Assembly (NCBI GenBank): GCA_029856105.1
Contig: JAHQWH010000210.1
Span: 1-64,000, forward strand
Direction of reading: 5' to 3'
Length of the DNA: 64,000 nucleotides
From: Promethearchaeia archaeon
GTDB lineage: Archaea; Asgardarchaeota; Lokiarchaeia; Sigyniarchaeales; SOKP01
In this document: one piece after another, positions 59,794 to 64,000 of the stretch
Numbering within the stretch: the first letter of the stretch is position 1
How the letters are laid out: each line of letters begins with the position of its first letter
Notes under the pieces: model-generated
Told to the model about the DNA's origin: nothing
Databases searched by the model: none
The model's input: the letters and a program-made list of their open reading frames with translations, nothing else
Translations under genes and position numbers: made by a program

Positions 59794-60231
59794 CACCAAT
59801 TCGGGAAATTTTTCAACAATCTCGGGATATTTTTTAATTTCTTCCTTCCATCGATCGATTTTATCTAATTCCAGAGATAATTTTTGTGAAGCTATTGTCT
59901 TTTTTGTAGGTATATAGATATAAGCAGACAATAATCTATTATTTTTTAAATAAACTTCGGCGATTATTCGTTCAAATAAATCATCAAAAACTCCTTCGAT
60001 TGAATCTAAAAATTCTAATTCTTGTTGGTTCACATCAAATTTTAAAGTCCAAAAGGAATTCTTTGAACGTAAAGCATAAGGAAACCAACTATTTTTAGGA
60101 AAAACTCTTGTAAAATTTTTTACAAGACATACTTCAACATTGAGTTTATCCTTCCACAGATTCCGAGTTATGAAGGTTCCATAACCAATAATTGATACGA
60201 GATTTGAATCTGAGCTTTTTTTATCAATCAA
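59788..60231 (-). CDS. Gamma-glutamylcyclotransferase-fold protein
   Basis: IGYGT, LDSIEG, FER, AYIY. Confidence 0.78.
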   Translation of the reverse strand: MIDKKSSDSNLVSIIGYGTFITRNLWKDKLNVEVCLVKNFTRVFPKNSWFPYALRSKNSFWTLKFDVNQQELEFLDSIEGVFDDLFERIIAEVYLKNNRLLSAYIYIPTKKTIASQKLSLELDKIDRWKEEIKKYPEIVEKFPELVL

Positions 60232-60312
60232 TTTAAGCTCTCAATTTATATAACTTAAGAATTAAAAATTGAGCATTTGAAACAAGGGAATTAGATGAAA
60301 TGCTTCCTATTT

Positions 60313-60570
60313 TTATATTTTTAATTGATTTGCGTCCGGTTTTATGAAAAGCAAATTATTACCGCGAATAAATATCTCGTTGTACTTAGCCACAGGGCTA
60401 CCTTCCATGATTTCTGTCGCATTTTCTAGAATCATGTTCATGTATGCATCAATTTCTTTTAAGTTCCCCTTATATTCAGTGCCATCTTTTAGTCTGAGCA
60501 ATATCTCACTGTTCTGGGCATTTTGAAGTATTGTTAAAGGGTTCTTATTTCTGATATTCTGATTTGACAT
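60313..60570 (-). CDS. Sm-like archaeal protein (Lsm/SmAP)
   Basis: Sm1 LKDG..YKGNL..IDAYMNMIL and Sm2 FIRGNN. Confidence 0.94.
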   Translation of the reverse strand: MSNQNIRNKNPLTILQNAQNSEILLRLKDGTEYKGNLKEIDAYMNMILENATEIMEGSPVAKYNEIFIRGNNLLFIKPDANQLKI

Positions 60571-60678
60571 ATTTTAACCTTTATAAAAACATTTATAATA
60601 TAATTATTGAAAAGATAATTTAAAGAAAAACTTTTTTGAATTAAAACCTTTTTATCGGATATTAATTATTCTTATATT

Positions 60679-61320
60679 TTGATCTGTTTGGTAATTTTCT
60701 TGAAACCTTTAAATAAAGATTTAGATAAGAAAAAAAATATTATTGAGAAATATAATTCAACCTCAAGCTTCTACGATAATAGATATAGCAAAATACAAAA
60801 AGAAAAGTATAAAATTCTTTTTAGAAATTGTAATTTAAATTATAAAACCATTCTAGATGCTGGTTGTGGTACAGGCCTATTAATTGAATATGTTTTTAAC
60901 ATAAATATCGATAATATAAAGAAGAAGGTCAAATATGTTGGAATAGATATCTCTTGGAAAATGCTAATGAACTTTTGTGACAAATCTAAAAAAATAAAAG
61001 ATAGTGAAGATATAAATCTAATTTTAGGAGATATCGAAAACTTACCGCTAAGACAAGAAAGTTTTAATGTAATTTTTTCAATCACATCGCTCCAAAATTT
61101 ACCGGTCATAAAGAAAGGTTTGGGTGAATTTATTCGAGTTGGTCAAAAGGATTCGCTTTTGAAATTATCAATCTTACGAAAACAATTGAAAGTAGATGAT
61201 TTAATAGCATATTTAAAAACAAATACCCTAAACCTTAAGACTGAGTTTTTAGAAAATATAGAAGATGTGATTATTCAAGGAAGTCTAAATAAAAAAAATA
61301 TTATTGAGGAAAACATTTGA
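60679..61320 (+). CDS. Class I SAM-dependent methyltransferase
   Basis: YD.RY, LDAGCGTG, GIDISWKML, GDIENLP; start uncertain. Confidence 0.87.
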   Translation: MICLVIFLKPLNKDLDKKKNIIEKYNSTSSFYDNRYSKIQKEKYKILFRNCNLNYKTILDAGCGTGLLIEYVFNINIDNIKKKVKYVGIDISWKMLMNFCDKSKKIKDSEDINLILGDIENLPLRQESFNVIFSITSLQNLPVIKKGLGEFIRVGQKDSLLKLSILRKQLKVDDLIAYLKTNTLNLKTEFLENIEDVIIQGSLNKKNIIEENI

Positions 61321-61331
61321 AAGCTTTTCCG

Positions 61332-61946
61332 TTACGTTTTAAGGTAATACTTTAAAGAAAAAGCTACTAAATTTGAAAGATATTCAACAAATTTATCATC
61401 TGTATCAAATAATTCCATTACAGATAAATGATGATATAAAATCGCATTAACAAGATTATACAAAAAGATAAATACATCAACTAATCTTTTCTCGGATATT
61501 TGTTTAAAATTTTCATTTGTATTCCTTAATTTCTGCACTTTATCTTTAAAAATATTGAAAATCTTCTCTTTGTGTGCATCATGTAATATTTTATCAGATT
61601 GTATAGCAGACCTAAAAGCTAGATTATATCCTTTATTTTCTTCGTGATTCTTAAATAAATCTAAAATAAAATGATTGAGAAAATCTCTTATATTTTCCTC
61701 ATTCATGATACTTAAATTCTGACTATCCAAAAAAGTTTCCATCGATTCACCAAAATATTTTCTTATAATATCTTCTTTCCCTTTCGGAAAATATTTATAA
61801 ATCGTACCAATACTAATCTTAGCCGATTTTGCAACATGATTTGTGCTTGTTTTGTGATATCCTTGTTTTAAAATTAGTTTAAAAAATGTATCATAAATCT
61901 TGTTAATTTTTTCTTGTTTATTTCGTGAAAATTTTTTGCTTGACAT
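61332..61946 (-). CDS. TetR/AcrR family transcriptional regulator
   Basis: GYHKTSTNHVAKSAKISIGTIYKYFP.GKEDI; start placed at ATG 61946, downstream of the operators. Confidence 0.9.
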   Translation of the reverse strand: MSSKKFSRNKQEKINKIYDTFFKLILKQGYHKTSTNHVAKSAKISIGTIYKYFPKGKEDIIRKYFGESMETFLDSQNLSIMNEENIRDFLNHFILDLFKNHEENKGYNLAFRSAIQSDKILHDAHKEKIFNIFKDKVQKLRNTNENFKQISEKRLVDVFIFLYNLVNAILYHHLSVMELFDTDDKFVEYLSNLVAFSLKYYLKT

Positions 61947-61960
61947 TATAATAATATTAA

Positions 61961-62007
61961 ATGAGTAATTACTCATAAATTTTATAAGTGAGTAAATACT
62001 CACTTAT
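61961..62007. promoter_or_regulatory. Twin palindromic operators TGAGTA-N2-TACTCA (probable TetR sites)
   Basis: ATGAGTAATTACTCAT (61961-61976, perfect palindrome) and ATAAGTGAGTA-AA-TACTCACTTAT (61984-62007), between divergent tetR and methyltransferase genes. Confidence 0.8.
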
Positions 62008-62035
62008 TTAAAAATTAAATGGTTATGACAAATAA

Positions 62036-62914
62036 ATGATTCAAGAAGAAATAATTAAATTTTACAAACCTGCTAATCAAAACGATATAGATGTTGTGGA
62101 AGATCTCATATATCCAGTATTTTCTAAGAAAAACAAAAAAAACAAGCACTATTGGAATGAGATCCAGTCATTATTTTTATCTGCCATGAAAAATGCTAAT
62201 CTAAATTTTCTTAAAAGATATATTTTTTGGTTATATGTAAACAGAACCATAACTAAAGGTCTGAAAAAAGGAATACCTCTTATTAAGGTTGAAGAAACAT
62301 TGCGAAAGTTTCTCAGAAAACGCGTCGATAATGAAAAAGATCGAAAGGCTTATGCATTCGAATGTGCTAAAAGGAGTTTTGAATTAGTAGAAGACTACAT
62401 CGTAGGAGAGAAGATACTTGATCTTGGTGCGGGAAATGGTCTTTTAGCGTTAGAAATAAAAAAACAACTTAAGAAAGAAGTCGTACTGGTTGATATTGTA
62501 GATTATAATTATACAGACTTACCATTAATCTTATATAATCCAGAGGAACAGATACCTTTAGCAGATGGGGAAGTAGATACTACTATTTTATATACCGTGT
62601 TGCATCATGCGAGTGACCCCGAACATCTATTGAAGGAAGCAACGAGAATAACCAAAAAACGCTTAGTAATTATAGAAGCCTATATTGAGGAAGATGATAT
62701 ATGTATGACTAATAGTTTTTTTGATTGGTTTTACAATCGAGTAATTGGAGACGAAGATATCAATGTACCTCTTAATTTTCTTAAGCTGGAAGGATGGAAA
62801 AAAATTCTGAAATTATATGGATTTAATGTAATTGAAAATAAATATGTTGGAATTAGTGAACCCCTTGTTCCAGAACATCAGGTATTAATTATCGCGGACC
62901 ATAATTATAGTTAA
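62036..62914 (+). CDS. Class I SAM-dependent methyltransferase with N-terminal extension
   Basis: ILDLGAGNG, VDI, VLHH, IIE. Confidence 0.87.
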   Translation: MIQEEIIKFYKPANQNDIDVVEDLIYPVFSKKNKKNKHYWNEIQSLFLSAMKNANLNFLKRYIFWLYVNRTITKGLKKGIPLIKVEETLRKFLRKRVDNEKDRKAYAFECAKRSFELVEDYIVGEKILDLGAGNGLLALEIKKQLKKEVVLVDIVDYNYTDLPLILYNPEEQIPLADGEVDTTILYTVLHHASDPEHLLKEATRITKKRLVIIEAYIEEDDICMTNSFFDWFYNRVIGDEDINVPLNFLKLEGWKKILKLYGFNVIENKYVGISEPLVPEHQVLIIADHNYS

Positions 62915-63049
62915 TTTATAATGTCAGATTATAAAATTCAATTTGACTATTGTCTATATTTAATGATCAAAACATTTAGTTACAGGTCAACAGAGAGGAT
63001 GTCCAGACGAATCCAGAATAGTAAATATAAATAAGCATTAATTCCAAAT

Positions 63050-63937
63050 TTACTTTTTTTCAAATGATTGAATAATCTCTACAGGGTTGCTTTCTATATG
63101 GTATTTCTTTTGAAAGAAGTTACACACATTTTTAATATCTCTTTCTAAAATTGATCTTGCGTTTGGGTGATCTGATGGAACCCATTGTAGCCAATCGATT
63201 ATTAATATATTTCCTTTATTATCTACTACTATATTGAATTCTCCTAGATCACCATGGATCATGTTCGCTTCTTGATAAATTACTTTAATTTGTTTGATGA
63301 TCTTGTTAAAAATCTTACTTGGATTTTTAAGATTTTGATAATACGCTAATTCTTTTCCTCTTAAGTATGACATTACTATCATATGTCGATTAAATCCTAT
63401 TGGTTTAGGGGTATCTAATTTAAGTTCGTAGATTTTACCTAAAGCGTCAAATTCTTTTTTAGCGGCAAGTCTGTTAACATACAACCAAGATAAATGTTTT
63501 CGATTACCAAGAAAGCTTCTTAACTTCTTAATGTTTTTAAAACTGGTCCTTCCCATCCTATATATTTTTAAAGCGTAAATATTTTCATTATCGTCCATAC
63601 AACCATAGACATCTGATTCTTTACCTTTACCTATTATAGGTCCCAACTGACTAATTATCTCTTTCTCAACCAAGGTATGAAGACCTAGTACATCGTAACC
63701 AATAGAATTAAGTGTATATGCTATATCATTTTTAGAAGAATCTCTTACTATTAAATCTAATTTATGTACCTTTTTAAGACGAAATAAGGTTTCTTCTATT
63801 GGATTCCTAGAGTAGAATTTTATGTTATTTACCGTAACGTATTTAGATCTTTTCATTCCGATCTCAATTCCCATTAAAATTCTTAAATCTTCCTTATCCA
63901 GTTTTTTTTTCTCCAGTAATTTTGCTGCTTCAGCCAT
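63050..63937 (-). CDS. rio2: RIO2-type atypical Ser/Thr kinase
   Basis: N-terminal wHTH (GYDVL), GKGKESDVY, K..RMGRTSF, IHGDLGEFNI, IIDWLQ. Confidence 0.92.
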   Translation of the reverse strand: MAEAAKLLEKKKLDKEDLRILMGIEIGMKRSKYVTVNNIKFYSRNPIEETLFRLKKVHKLDLIVRDSSKNDIAYTLNSIGYDVLGLHTLVEKEIISQLGPIIGKGKESDVYGCMDDNENIYALKIYRMGRTSFKNIKKLRSFLGNRKHLSWLYVNRLAAKKEFDALGKIYELKLDTPKPIGFNRHMIVMSYLRGKELAYYQNLKNPSKIFNKIIKQIKVIYQEANMIHGDLGEFNIVVDNKGNILIIDWLQWVPSDHPNARSILERDIKNVCNFFQKKYHIESNPVEIIQSFEKK

Positions 63938-64000
63938 ATTGATTATCTTATTATTTCTTTTAATTTAAGACACTTATCTAAAAATTATTAAGTTATTATT

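Noticed and set aside
314-61109. Numerous short ORFs antisense to or nested in long genes (e.g. 3648-3989, 22316-22681, 45338-45745, 50493-50963)
   Set aside because: Shadow frames of well-supported genes, with no motifs of their own.
62921-63034. 37-aa ORF after the methyltransferase (MSDYKIQFDYC...)
   Set aside because: Short, no motif or other support.

Overview
An AT-rich, gene-dense stretch of archaeal chromosome. It is most likely from an Asgard archaeon (Lokiarchaeia-like); this is an inference from archaeal information genes (rpoD, rpl18e, rpl13, rps9, thermosome, Sm, Rio2, TrmI) together with a Rag/Arf-like GTPase fused to a roadblock-like domain. I saw no rRNA, tRNA, CRISPR array, transposase or integrase. 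The most striking feature is a co-oriented cluster hdrA(2 FAD modules)::mvhD fusion - hdrC - hdrB - metV - metF - lrp (16681-23877, minus strand). This is the gene set of the acetogen-type HdrABC/MvhD-MetVF methylene-THF reductase complex, and a second stand-alone metVF pair lies about 10 kb away. Other notable items: an MglA/CvnD-type GTPase with a natural Q-to-L change in G3 fused to a winged helix; a circularly permuted ATP-grasp ligase next to a Clp1-type kinase and a GNAT; two small zinc-finger ORFs missed by the ORF track (one PARP-finger-like, one broken by TAA); an acidic protein with a Cys/His tail; two orphan N6-adenine DNA methyltransferases; a TrpRS with atypical signature motifs; a twin TetR operator; and a perfect 31-bp direct repeat before an Lrp gene. 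All calls come from reading motifs by eye; no database searches were run.
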